A stretch of 29,953 nt of DNA, from positions 1 through 29,953 of the IMG/VR virus record IMGVR_UViG_3300025084_000138; one strand, given 5' to 3'. Both the position numbers and the translations under genes were made by a program. Position 1 is the stretch's first letter. Each line of letters starts with the position of its first letter. Origin of the DNA: a virus. Lineage: Duplodnaviria; Caudoviricetes. Below, in pieces: positions 1-10,438 of the stretch. The notes under the pieces are model-generated. The model was not told where the DNA came from, searched no databases, and was given only the letters and a program-made list of their open reading frames with translations.

Positions 1-920
1 CTTGCATTTGGTAATGAAGAACTTATTTGACTATATAGGCCTTCGAGTTTAACTGCCTTGGTTTTAAAGTTTTTTAATCTGGATTCAGCAGAACCAAAGA
101 AAGTGTGATTTGAAAATTTACTATAATCAATATTTAGATTTATATCTTTCTTTTGACGTTGTAATTCATTAATAATATTAGTACCAGATGAACCCGTTAT
201 GGCGTTATAATTTAAATAGTCATCGATAATTGTGGTGTCTTCGGTAGAATATCCTTCATCAATGTCTAATCCCAATCCGGATATTGCTAATTTTTCTCTA
301 TCTATAAAAAATATTGTTTCTGTTTGTGATGATAAAAATTTATTAACAATTCTAAAATCTTTACTTAAAGTAGAAATATTATTTGGTAATGGTTGATTTA
401 ATTTTAATATTAAAGTTCGTTTTTCATTAGTTATGATATCAAAAGCATAACCATTAATTGGAATTAATCTACCTTGACTTAATTCTAAAAAGGAATTGAA
501 ATTATAAGCGTCCGTATCTTCATTTAGGAATTGCAATACTTCATCTTTTATTCCGTCTGAAATTGTACTAGTTGACCCTAAAGATAATCTTATTTCTTTT
601 CTACTTGGTGATATTTCTGAAATATAAAAATCATCCGTGTCGGTGGTGAATCTAGTAATAAAATCAAATTGTAAATTATAATTGTTTTCAGAAAAACCAG
701 TTCTATCTAAGTACTCATTTGGTTTTAAAAATATTTGTCCATTCGATATATAAAAATCTAAATCTTGTTCTAAATCGTCATTTTCTAAAAAAGAACCTAC
801 ATCAGAAAACACAGATAGTTTAATTATATGAATATTAGACTCAAAATCCGGAAGTAAGTATGATTGACCATCCGATATTAATTCTAGTGTATCTTCGTTA
901 TATTGTTTTAATATTTCCAT
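1..920 (-). CDS. Partial hypothetical protein, probably structural; runs off the window edge
   Basis: ATG at 920 overlaps the stop of the preceding ORF (TAATG) and begins MEILKQYNED. The frame is open at both ends checked. It lies in the structural operon. Confidence 0.75.
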   Translation of the reverse strand, partial: MEILKQYNEDTLELISDGQSYLLPDFESNIHIIKLSVFSDVGSFLENDDLEQDLDFYISNGQIFLKPNEYLDRTGFSENNYNLQFDFITRFTTDTDDFYISEISPSRKEIRLSLGSTSTISDGIKDEVLQFLNEDTDAYNFNSFLELSQGRLIPINGYAFDIITNEKRTLILKLNQPLPNNISTLSKDFRIVNKFLSSQTETIFFIDREKLAISGLGLDIDEGYSTEDTTIIDDYLNYNAITGSSGTNIINELQRQKKDINLNIDYSKFSNHTFFGSAESRLKNFKTKAVKLEGLYSQISSSLPNA

Positions 921-3352
921 TAAAATGCCTGTTTATCTGTATTCTCTTCTATCCTTGGAGTTTGCATTACACCTTGCCTTTGTACTTTACCATCTTTAGG
1001 TTGATTTACTTTATAATCCCCTATTAGAATTGCCTTATCTGGAATTCCTGTTTTGTTTTGTATTGATAAATACTCTATATCTTGTGGATTTAAATCAACA
1101 ATACAATCTTCATTACTTATAAATATGTCGGTAGCAGAACTATTGATTGGTAAAGTATTAATGTTAAAATTATTATCCACGATTGATTGTTTATCATTCG
1201 TTATGAAATCATAAATATCAAGTGGTTTTTTATACATACGAGTTATGGATAAATCCAATTGACCTGGTGTTTCACCATATAATCCTTTATTAAAATTATC
1301 AATAAAGTCTCTACTGGATGCTCTTTCTAAATAATCATCTTGAATAAAGTTATCATCTTTTTTTATTCTCTCTACTGAATTATTGTATTTAGAATCTTCA
1401 TCTAATCCACCAATTGTTGCCTGTAATGGTATTTCTACTGCAACATCTTGGTCATAACTCATAGTGAAAGGATATTCACCCATATAAATCCCACTACTGA
1501 ACCCAGAATTTACTATGATTGTAGTATCTCCTGTGTATGCGTTTGTCCAAGATCCTGATATTGTTGTTGATATAGTATTTGTATTATTATCTGTAATATT
1601 AATACTATATCCAGATAGAGGTTGGATAAAAAACCCATCATAAGAAGATATAACAAAACTAGATTTTTGGTTTATTTCACCACTAGTTACAACATATTGG
1701 ACCTGGCCGGTGAATTGTCTTTCATCGACGTGGTGTTCGTAAAAGGTTTTCATCGGTAAAAAATTAAAATCAGTTCCACCAAATATTGAAAAGTCTTGAC
1801 TTAATAAATTACCATCGTTTATTACAATGTTTTTAGTCACAAGATAAGTTTGATATAAAAAGAATTTCCGTTTATCATATTTACAAACAATTATTTTTAT
1901 GGATTTCACACCAGGGTCATTATATGTATGATATACCGACTCTTCTATTGGCTGTGAGTATTCAACTTCTGATAATATGAATTTTTTTAAATTATAATTA
2001 TCATCTTCTGGACTATCTTCCATATCATATAAGTTAAAAAAATATGATTCTTTTATCTGCTCATCACTTAATAAACTTTTCTCATCACCCCATTGAATTA
2101 CCTGATAAGTAAAATGATTATTATTCACCAAATATGCCGAAGAAGATATTGGCAGAATCTGACTCTCTATAATATCCGCATCCGTGATGGAATCAGGGTT
2201 TTTATAAAAAATATCATATGTAGCATTTTCATCCATATGGGTTAAGCCATTATCAAAATCATCAGGTGGGTCATATAAGTTCAAATTTAGTTCAACTTTT
2301 ACAGGGTAAGTTGTATCAATCAATGATGCATCATCTATTCCCCTATAGTATAAAAAATGTCTTTTACCATTTTCACTTTTAGCGTTAACTGAAAAGTAGG
2401 TTTCTGGAACCAACCCAAGGTTAGGTAAGATTTGCAAGATTTGAATATTATAAGTAAAATGTGGTGCACCTAATGAAACCAAATGGGCAGCTGATGCAGA
2501 AGATGCTGCAGCCATATCAAGTTCCCAAAATCCAGAATTACTTGCGTTTGGTGGACGAGTCATGTTTCCTACAGTATGACTACTATCGGTATCTGGACTT
2601 TTAAAAATAAATGAAGATGGGAAAAAAAGTTCATATTTATCATCCCCTAAATCCTTCTCATAAGTCAACTCCACATCACCGCTATCAAATTCAAATACAA
2701 GGGGTGCGGTTTCTTCATCAACTCTTTCTTTTATAAATGCAGACGTTGAATTTAATATCCTGCTCCCTACTGATTGTGATATAAATTGTGGTGATGGCCA
2801 ATTTGGATCTATGGGTTCAGACTCATCTGGGTCATAGTTACCTTCAGGATATTCAATTGAGCTCGTATACCAAGCTTGGAAAATTGACAGATGGTAATTC
2901 CACCATTCAATGTTGGCTAGTCTTATGTCTTCATTTTGGGCTGGGGTGTATTCACCTTGAGAATTTGGCGTTGGAATGGTGGGTAGGGTGGGTCTCCACC
3001 GGCCTAACTCTACGATACTACCGACTATGATATCTCCGTCACCATCTTTAGAATACGTAATAGAACTAAGACCCGTGTTATTCGATTTCCAGTCGTCCAT
3101 ATTTGTTCTATTAACTGATTCAACATACACTTCTCTACCCTTTAGGTTTTGATGTAGACGTCCTGTGTTCGTAGTAATCACTTTAGCATCACTTACAATT
3201 GAATTCCAGTTTCCTAGTGATAACTGTTTTAAATTATCATTATCTAACCCTAATAATTTTATTCCATCTTCCACCGTGATGTTGGATCCAGTCTCTGGAT
3301 AAACACCAGGCATTTTCAATGATGGGTAATTATCGTATTTATTATAAGCCAT
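920..3352 (-). CDS. 810-aa putative virion structural protein with a PKD-like module
   Basis: Acidic, Asn/Asp-rich; has a WGD...HTYNDPG PKD-like motif; TAATG-coupled in the baseplate operon; C-terminus ends in QAF like the neighbouring gene. Confidence 0.65.
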   Translation of the reverse strand: MAYNKYDNYPSLKMPGVYPETGSNITVEDGIKLLGLDNDNLKQLSLGNWNSIVSDAKVITTNTGRLHQNLKGREVYVESVNRTNMDDWKSNNTGLSSITYSKDGDGDIIVGSIVELGRWRPTLPTIPTPNSQGEYTPAQNEDIRLANIEWWNYHLSIFQAWYTSSIEYPEGNYDPDESEPIDPNWPSPQFISQSVGSRILNSTSAFIKERVDEETAPLVFEFDSGDVELTYEKDLGDDKYELFFPSSFIFKSPDTDSSHTVGNMTRPPNASNSGFWELDMAAASSASAAHLVSLGAPHFTYNIQILQILPNLGLVPETYFSVNAKSENGKRHFLYYRGIDDASLIDTTYPVKVELNLNLYDPPDDFDNGLTHMDENATYDIFYKNPDSITDADIIESQILPISSSAYLVNNNHFTYQVIQWGDEKSLLSDEQIKESYFFNLYDMEDSPEDDNYNLKKFILSEVEYSQPIEESVYHTYNDPGVKSIKIIVCKYDKRKFFLYQTYLVTKNIVINDGNLLSQDFSIFGGTDFNFLPMKTFYEHHVDERQFTGQVQYVVTSGEINQKSSFVISSYDGFFIQPLSGYSINITDNNTNTISTTISGSWTNAYTGDTTIIVNSGFSSGIYMGEYPFTMSYDQDVAVEIPLQATIGGLDEDSKYNNSVERIKKDDNFIQDDYLERASSRDFIDNFNKGLYGETPGQLDLSITRMYKKPLDIYDFITNDKQSIVDNNFNINTLPINSSATDIFISNEDCIVDLNPQDIEYLSIQNKTGIPDKAILIGDYKVNQPKDGKVQRQGVMQTPRIEENTDKQAF

Positions 3353-4065
3353 TAAAATGCCTGTTCTGAATTATTCTTTTCTATACCATCAGGTATAATT
3401 AATGTATCTGTTTTTAATCTTAAATCATCACTAAGAGATACTTGAAAATCTTGATTATAATGAATTTTACTTAAATTTGTCTTATCAATCAAATCATCCG
3501 TAGTGGTTTGGTCGAAATCAATATTTAAAATTAAATTATTATCTTGTTCATTTAAATTTGTTATTGGAGCACTATCATCAGGGCCGTCCCAAGTTATTTT
3601 TCCACCATAAAATTTTGAGCCAGGTGCAAAATTATTTGTAAAATTTCCAAATTTGTCCAGGCTTGGGAGTTCAGGATAATAATAAAGTTTATTATTTGTT
3701 TTTGGGTTTAGCCCCCGCCACGATTGCGTAGACACTTCGTCTATAAGTATTTTCCAATAAGATGTTCTTGGAATTTTTGAGCCATCTATAGCGGATCCTG
3801 AACTTACAAACGATTCCAAAATTCCATCTATGTGTTGTGATGTGAATTTATAATGTTTTGGTATTATATTTTGCCAATACAATTTATGATCGGGATTATC
3901 ATATGGATTAATATTTTGATCTTCAGGTACAAATCCCAATTGTTGCCACATTGGTTTAACACCTTTGTACATTTTAGTCGTAGCAATATCTACATCATTC
4001 AAATCCGTATCCTTGAATGAGTCGCGAAATCGTTTATCTATAAATCCGTTATGTATTGTTGACAT
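3352..4065 (-). CDS. 237-aa putative structural protein, paralogous to the C-terminus of 920..3352
   Basis: Shares DIATTKMYK / DLSITRMYK and the terminal IE.N...QAF motif; AAGGA SD 8 nt upstream of the ATG. Confidence 0.7.
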   Translation of the reverse strand: MSTIHNGFIDKRFRDSFKDTDLNDVDIATTKMYKGVKPMWQQLGFVPEDQNINPYDNPDHKLYWQNIIPKHYKFTSQHIDGILESFVSSGSAIDGSKIPRTSYWKILIDEVSTQSWRGLNPKTNNKLYYYPELPSLDKFGNFTNNFAPGSKFYGGKITWDGPDDSAPITNLNEQDNNLILNIDFDQTTTDDLIDKTNLSKIHYNQDFQVSLSDDLRLKTDTLIIPDGIEKNNSEQAF

Positions 4066-4123
4066 AGTACTTATCCTTAAAAGTCATCGTGAAAAACAGC
4101 ACCAATAGTATAATTATTATTCA

Positions 4124-7100
4124 TTAGTAGAGACAACTTCCATCTGATCCAGAAGCATTTGGATTGTAATTTGAAGCCGTATTATCAGTACAACCAAGTG
4201 TTGCTCTATTAAACTGAATCTCAGGTGAACCATAAACCGTAGGACCACTTAATGTTCCTGATGTTCCAAATGGACTCATCATTCCAGCATCGTTAGTTTT
4301 CCAAAATGTCAATCTATGAGCTTCTGGATAAATAGTCGTCCCCATGAAATTCACAAAAGATTCCAATAGGTCATCACCATCCTCTACATAATTAACAACC
4401 ATAGTACTTGTACCAGATAAATTATTTTCATCCCAATCGATAGTTATAATACTCTCAAGTCCACCAAACATTTGAGCTAATGCTTGATATCCAGGTGAAA
4501 TTGCATCCCCATCATATATATAAGTTAATCTAACCTGTAATTCTTCACCAGCTGCAAGATGGCCATTCTCAGGGTACTCTGAGTCATAAAGTAGTGATAA
4601 ATCCCAAGTAAATGGTATTTCAACTTTTTCATTTGGTGAACCAAGCACATATGGTTCTACAAAATATCCATCAAATACTAATGAATCATTATTTGGAAAC
4701 GATATCACCGATTGTTCATCAAGTTCTATCCAATTAACTCTTAAAGTTCCCTCTTTGTCAGTATCCAGTTCTGATATTGATATTGTTTGATTGTTTGAAT
4801 TTTCATCATATACTATATAATCTGTAAAACCATCATCGGGTCCATATGGTTCAATATTTCCAAACAACCATCCTAAATTACTTGATACAATAATATCGTG
4901 ATTTAAAAATGGAGTTAAAAGTATGGTATAAACCCCCCACCGCTCAATTTCATCAGGGTCATTTACACTTATTGTACCGTGTGCTTCGTTTACAAATATT
5001 GAAAGTTTTACAGTTCCAAAAGGATCAATAAGTCTTGATGGTTGAATTGAATTCACATAAGTCCAGCCACTGCTATTATTACCGGATACATCACCATCAT
5101 ATACTTTTATCCTAGCATTCCATAAAAGTGGCTCATCTGGATTTACATTATTGGATGATGGTTGTAAATTATTATTAATAACACCACCACCTAAATACCT
5201 GAATAAACTACCAATCTCTGATGCATCAAAGTCGAATGAACTTGGTATTATTGTATCATCACCGAAACTACCAGAATAATTGTAAGTATATGTCTCCCCA
5301 TTTTCATTATCAATTTCAAGTTCAAAATGACCAAAATCATTATCAATACCAACATCATATAAATTCACTTGATCCCATGTAAATCTAAGTATGTTACCTT
5401 CAATATGTTGTACAGAAAATCCAGTTACGTCATTTGGTTCTACACTAAGATCGAATATAGGTCGTATCGTATTATTATCACTGTTATTTGGGTTAAGCAT
5501 TTCCGTTACTGTCTCATTGTCATTTTCGTCATATGTCACTATCGAATAAATGTAATCTCTGTGTTCAAATGGACCTTCATCATAGTAGTTGTATACAATA
5601 TTCAAGGGATCGTCTAACTCAGCTGGGTGAATAGTATTAATTAAATCTACAACAGTTGGTTGGTCAAGATTAATATATGTTCTATAAACTTCATATCGGT
5701 TGACATCAAGTGATTGTGATGGTCGTATAACACATAATATTTGTCCAACTGGAACACTCCCATCGGTTTCCGTATTGTGAACTTCGGCCGATCTTGGTGG
5801 AAGTGGTGGCGTATCATCCACATAACTAAACTGCATAGTCAATTCAAAATTATTTTTAATATCACCGACCATTTGTTCACGAAAGCGACTTGGGCTAGCT
5901 TCATCCGGCTGGATGAGATCATTGGTATTAAATACCCACCCATCAAAAAAATAATCATTAGAATCACTTAATTCATATGAATCATTTGATGCCGAAAGTT
6001 GATTTTTTAACAATATAGATATTGAAGTTCGTACATCAAACTCAAATGACACTTCAGTATCGTCACCAAACGTAAGTGTCTGGTCTTCAGTACCTGCACC
6101 TAGTACGTCCACTTCAATGGTAGTATTAAATGATAAACCGAAGGGGATATCAATATTAATAGTTCCGGTTCTTACGTAAACACAAGACCCATCATCTACA
6201 GTAGCATTCGAATTGTAATTAGAAGCAGATACATTCGTACAACCCAAATATGTAGAATTGACCCCATCAATCTCACCTTGATACGGTGATACTATACTTA
6301 ATAAACTATCATTTAATATACTATAATCGACTTTGCCCAATACGTTTAATATTTGTAATTTATCAAGTGTATTTAATTTTTCTATTACTTCTCCACTTGC
6401 TCTTTCAGGATCTTGATTCAATGGATTTATACCAACCATATTATATAGTGATTTTACAAATGCTGAGTCTTTGTTGATACCACCGATTGAGGCAAAATTA
6501 CTATAATCATGTAAATTCAATTCATAATTTGAAGATGGATTTAATAATATATTGGTTTGAAATTTTTCATAGTTTTGTATATTACTATTATCATAAACAT
6601 AAACTATTCCTGTTATAGAATAGAATCCAGGTTTTTCATAAAAGTGCTCAAATAAAACAGTACTTTCTAATAGTTTTGGTTCATCCTTATATTCTATTTC
6701 AGTACCATCTCCCCAATTTAATTTAAATAAATAATACCCTCTATCATCATCTGAAATATAAAAGTCAAATCTATTTTTACCACCACCACCAGTAAATCTA
6801 TTTCTTTCGGAAAAGATATCGATGTTACCTTGTTCAAGTCTACCATCGATTCTAGGTTGAAGATAATAATTTATCTTACCTTCTATTGCTAATTCATACG
6901 CTTCTTTGTATGTTGTTTGGATGGGATTTCCTTGCCAATCTAATACCATTCCATTTATGTTTTTATCATAATATCTATCTAAATGTATTATATCATCATT
7001 GTTTGGATTAATTACAAATGGTAAAGCATCAATAGAATAATTAAAGTTAGGTGATATATTAGATAGTAACGACTTTCTATCTACTATATCCCCATCTAGC

Positions 7101-7411
7101 GTAGGTAGAACAACAGTTTCTAATGTTTCTAGGTCATCTTTTAAATAAGATTGAAATGTAGATTCATTAAAATTATTGTTTTCCCAAAAGTCACGATTAT
7201 TTAGCGTGTATGTTCCGAGTGGTATTCTTCTATCATTACTTTGAGAAATTTCAGTACTACCGGAGTGGAAATTAGGGTTTTTATAAAGTAAATCACGACC
7301 TTGATGAGGTTGAAATACTTGTAATACTTCAGATGCATCAGGGTTACCATCAGTATAATATCCTACTGATTGTGGGACCGTTATCTCATCAGCTTTTGTA
7401 AACTTGGCCAT
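4124..7411 (-). CDS. 1095-aa putative structural/tail-associated protein with PKD-like and FN3/Ig-like segments
   Basis: WGDG...HFYEKPG motif; two GCT..ASNYN.NA...DGSC repeats; FN3-like patterns (YEVYR...YIYSIVTYDEN, FTWDQV...RIKVYD). Confidence 0.65.
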   Translation of the reverse strand: MAKFTKADEITVPQSVGYYTDGNPDASEVLQVFQPHQGRDLLYKNPNFHSGSTEISQSNDRRIPLGTYTLNNRDFWENNNFNESTFQSYLKDDLETLETVVLPTLDGDIVDRKSLLSNISPNFNYSIDALPFVINPNNDDIIHLDRYYDKNINGMVLDWQGNPIQTTYKEAYELAIEGKINYYLQPRIDGRLEQGNIDIFSERNRFTGGGGKNRFDFYISDDDRGYYLFKLNWGDGTEIEYKDEPKLLESTVLFEHFYEKPGFYSITGIVYVYDNSNIQNYEKFQTNILLNPSSNYELNLHDYSNFASIGGINKDSAFVKSLYNMVGINPLNQDPERASGEVIEKLNTLDKLQILNVLGKVDYSILNDSLLSIVSPYQGEIDGVNSTYLGCTNVSASNYNSNATVDDGSCVYVRTGTINIDIPFGLSFNTTIEVDVLGAGTEDQTLTFGDDTEVSFEFDVRTSISILLKNQLSASNDSYELSDSNDYFFDGWVFNTNDLIQPDEASPSRFREQMVGDIKNNFELTMQFSYVDDTPPLPPRSAEVHNTETDGSVPVGQILCVIRPSQSLDVNRYEVYRTYINLDQPTVVDLINTIHPAELDDPLNIVYNYYDEGPFEHRDYIYSIVTYDENDNETVTEMLNPNNSDNNTIRPIFDLSVEPNDVTGFSVQHIEGNILRFTWDQVNLYDVGIDNDFGHFELEIDNENGETYTYNYSGSFGDDTIIPSSFDFDASEIGSLFRYLGGGVINNNLQPSSNNVNPDEPLLWNARIKVYDGDVSGNNSSGWTYVNSIQPSRLIDPFGTVKLSIFVNEAHGTISVNDPDEIERWGVYTILLTPFLNHDIIVSSNLGWLFGNIEPYGPDDGFTDYIVYDENSNNQTISISELDTDKEGTLRVNWIELDEQSVISFPNNDSLVFDGYFVEPYVLGSPNEKVEIPFTWDLSLLYDSEYPENGHLAAGEELQVRLTYIYDGDAISPGYQALAQMFGGLESIITIDWDENNLSGTSTMVVNYVEDGDDLLESFVNFMGTTIYPEAHRLTFWKTNDAGMMSPFGTSGTLSGPTVYGSPEIQFNRATLGCTDNTASNYNPNASGSDGSCLY

Positions 7412-7416
7412 GATGT

Positions 7417-8667
7417 TTAATTAGCACCTTGCCCTTGATCCTGTTGATTTTCATCGTCTGTTGTCACTGTGGTTTCTTCCTTTACATTAACTCCCAACGA
7501 ACCAACTTTATATCCACGAGCTCTTAATAAATCACTACGACTTATTACCTCGACTTTACATTTTGCACCATATTGTGTACTTGCTGCTAAAGTATTATTT
7601 AACTCTCTATGATTTAACCAAACTTGTTTGTCACGAAGATAATTTGGTACTTCTGCCCATTGGGCTTGTTGATTAAATGTCCATTCTTCCATTATTGTTG
7701 GATTATAAGTTGCACAAATAAAAAACCATTCGTTTAAATCATCAGTTGGTATTTGTGTGTGGGCATTAAATGCATTTAAACTAATGTTCTCATCACCATA
7801 TAATACTGTTCCCGTTGAAACCGTATCGTGTCGGTCAACATCCTGAGTACCGAAATGACTATCGTATAGGTTACCCATATCATTGCCAGCGGAACGATTG
7901 CCTCGAACAACCAACCTAACCATTCTTCTATATACACCATCATCTTCTCGTGTAATGGTTTCTAATCTAAATCCATATGGACTTTCAGTTGATGTGGGAT
8001 TTGCAAAATTAAACAAAGTACCTCTGCCAGTTTTTCCAACAAACCTAACCCACATGGTTATTGTAAAACCAACTGTTAGAAATGAAGGACCTGGACCTGC
8101 GGTTTTCTGAAATTCCAGTAGGTTGTTTGAGTTTCTTAATATAATGGCTTGATTTGGTTTTCTTATTTTTAAAAACCCACTTGATTTATTTTCATACTCA
8201 GGTCGTTGATCTTCTATGACTTGAACGACATTATCAACATCACCTAAATAAGTGTTGAGTTTGTTTCGCATTGACTCAAGTGTTTTACCTACATTAGCCG
8301 GTCCATTTGGGGCAGCCTCAATAGTATGCCTATTTAATCTAGTAATATAAGCATTAGGATTGACTCCCAAATCAATACGAGATGTTCTATCTGCTACATT
8401 ATTCAATATCTTCTCACCGGCACCATCCCCATCAACATCAGCGAATTGTGGTACCTGACCAATTAAATCATTAAACTCATTAAAGAAATCATTGATTTGA
8501 TCTTGTCTCGTGGTTTGAGTTGGAAGTAATTCAAATATATTGGTATCCAATATTTCACGAGCTTTTTCTGGATTTATTTTAGTGCCAACTTGGGGTTTTG
8601 TTAATTGACTTAAATTTAATACATTTATGAAATATCTTTCCTTAATCACTATGTTTTGCACTGGCAT
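7417..8667 (-). CDS. Putative structural protein with a C-terminal LamG/concanavalin A-like domain
   Basis: GFTITMWVRF...GTLFNF and EWFFICATY motifs are typical of LamG-like folds. Confidence 0.6.
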   Translation of the reverse strand: MPVQNIVIKERYFINVLNLSQLTKPQVGTKINPEKAREILDTNIFELLPTQTTRQDQINDFFNEFNDLIGQVPQFADVDGDGAGEKILNNVADRTSRIDLGVNPNAYITRLNRHTIEAAPNGPANVGKTLESMRNKLNTYLGDVDNVVQVIEDQRPEYENKSSGFLKIRKPNQAIILRNSNNLLEFQKTAGPGPSFLTVGFTITMWVRFVGKTGRGTLFNFANPTSTESPYGFRLETITREDDGVYRRMVRLVVRGNRSAGNDMGNLYDSHFGTQDVDRHDTVSTGTVLYGDENISLNAFNAHTQIPTDDLNEWFFICATYNPTIMEEWTFNQQAQWAEVPNYLRDKQVWLNHRELNNTLAASTQYGAKCKVEVISRSDLLRARGYKVGSLGVNVKEETTVTTDDENQQDQGQGAN

Positions 8668-8672
8668 AATTA

Positions 8673-9278
8673 TTACCCCGTGGTTTCTTCGGTTTCATCT
8701 TTCACTATAATATCGTCATCAGGAATTATTGCTTCATACCGTATCACCTCTTCGGCAATAACTATATCAACCGAAGTTGTTATACCATTATAATGCATTA
8801 TATATTTTTTAAGCCTTAAAAATTGATTAGGTGGTAATGTATTACCATCAGAATAAGGTTCTTCATCCGGCTCAATAATATTAAACATCCCTTCTATTGT
8901 TTCTTTATCAGTAATGTCATTATCGAAAATATTCTGACATATTAGTTTAAAATCATCACTTTGACTATCCTGTAAATCTTCTATATTCTCTAATGTATTC
9001 CTATCTTTTTTATAAAATACTAATGGCTCATCTTCTGTTCTACCAGTTTGTTCATTACCATCACGAATGGTTGTTTGCATTGATAAAATTTGCTCATCCG
9101 TTAATGGATATTTAACAAACCAAAGTTTGTAAAATAAATCACTTACCATTTCTCTAACTTCTTGAATGGTTTCGATGGGAACTGGAACTACCTTGGTGCC
9201 AAGGTATACCTTGGTATCTGGATTCTGATCCTGTACGATATCGTTATCTACTGTGGGATCTGGTATGGGGGGTGTCAT
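8673..9278 (-). CDS. Hypothetical acidic protein (structural operon)
   Basis: 201-aa ORF with 2-5 nt gaps to its neighbours. Confidence 0.65.
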   Translation of the reverse strand: MTPPIPDPTVDNDIVQDQNPDTKVYLGTKVVPVPIETIQEVREMVSDLFYKLWFVKYPLTDEQILSMQTTIRDGNEQTGRTEDEPLVFYKKDRNTLENIEDLQDSQSDDFKLICQNIFDNDITDKETIEGMFNIIEPDEEPYSDGNTLPPNQFLRLKKYIMHYNGITTSVDIVIAEEVIRYEAIIPDDDIIVKDETEETTG

Positions 9279-9280
9279 AA

Positions 9281-10438
9281 TTATACCCTCAAGATAAATT
9301 CAAAATCGTCATCGTATATTATTTTTTGTCCATCATTATGATTAACTTTAATCATTATCTTATACGCACGATTCGGTTCAAAACCATTTAAGTCTTGTGT
9401 AAAATATGGAGACACGGTATCACAACTCATTGTCGTGTAGGCACTAAATGGCACCATAGATTCATTGGTTGCCATATCGATAATCGAATACGATGCAGAA
9501 CCTTCAGCAAAATAACTACCACTAACGGTTTGTACAGATGTACTGAAACTCTTATCGATATATCTTTTTCTCGCACCAAACCTAAACTTTACCTTTTCCG
9601 TTTCTTTATATGCTTCTCGTAAGTGTATAGGGTATAGGTAGTTCTCACTATTGCCCGAAAGGTCTAATGCCGTCAAACTACCCGTATTACTGCCTGTTGC
9701 TGGTAAATGATCATCCCACTTTAATTCAATCTTCGGTGAATATATTGTATTGGTTTGTCTTGAAAAGAATTTTAAATCTTCAAAACTACCAGTTGATTGT
9801 TCTCTACTACCTGATAGTCTTAATAATAATCCATAATTATTATTCTCCCCACTAAACCATTTTTTAGCAATAGAAGTTATGTTTATATTTAAATCAGGTG
9901 ATTCAGCTGAAAAAGATTGTGTTACCTCGTCAGCCTGTATATAACTACCCTCACCAAAAGAACTTCCTATGAAAATATTAGTGAAAGTTGAAACAATACT
10001 AGCGGATATACTTGATGAATAATCATTCCATTGAGTTTGAACACCATTTTTATTCTTTCTATAATCCCAACTCACACCATCAGTTGTTTTTGGAACATCA
10101 CCTTCTTTACCAACACCCTCATCCCACGATTGACTTAATGGATAAGCAGCAATCGTATAGGTTTCACTTAATCCACTTGTTCCCTTGGTTTCCCAAAGTC
10201 TTAAATTAGTTTTATAACTACTTGGTATACTGGATGCAGTTATATAGTTATTAATTTCATCCACATCAAACTGAATTAATACTCTTGTATTATAACTAAA
10301 GTCTTTATTGTTAAATACTTTCTTTAATTCAAGTATCTCATCTTGACCAGTATTCTTATCCTTGTAATCTTCTCCTGTAATTGAATTAGAACCACTATTA
10401 ATAAAAGCATCTTTAGTTGTAAAAAAATATCTATGCAT
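9281..10438 (-). CDS. Putative virion structural protein, DNRLRE-domain-like
   Basis: KDAFI...NTGQDEILEL...RVLIQFD, SWDEG.G, NYGLLL and FFSR...PKIELKW pattern. Confidence 0.55.
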   Translation of the reverse strand: MHRYFFTTKDAFINSGSNSITGEDYKDKNTGQDEILELKKVFNNKDFSYNTRVLIQFDVDEINNYITASSIPSSYKTNLRLWETKGTSGLSETYTIAAYPLSQSWDEGVGKEGDVPKTTDGVSWDYRKNKNGVQTQWNDYSSSISASIVSTFTNIFIGSSFGEGSYIQADEVTQSFSAESPDLNINITSIAKKWFSGENNNYGLLLRLSGSREQSTGSFEDLKFFSRQTNTIYSPKIELKWDDHLPATGSNTGSLTALDLSGNSENYLYPIHLREAYKETEKVKFRFGARKRYIDKSFSTSVQTVSGSYFAEGSASYSIIDMATNESMVPFSAYTTMSCDTVSPYFTQDLNGFEPNRAYKIMIKVNHNDGQKIIYDDDFEFILRV

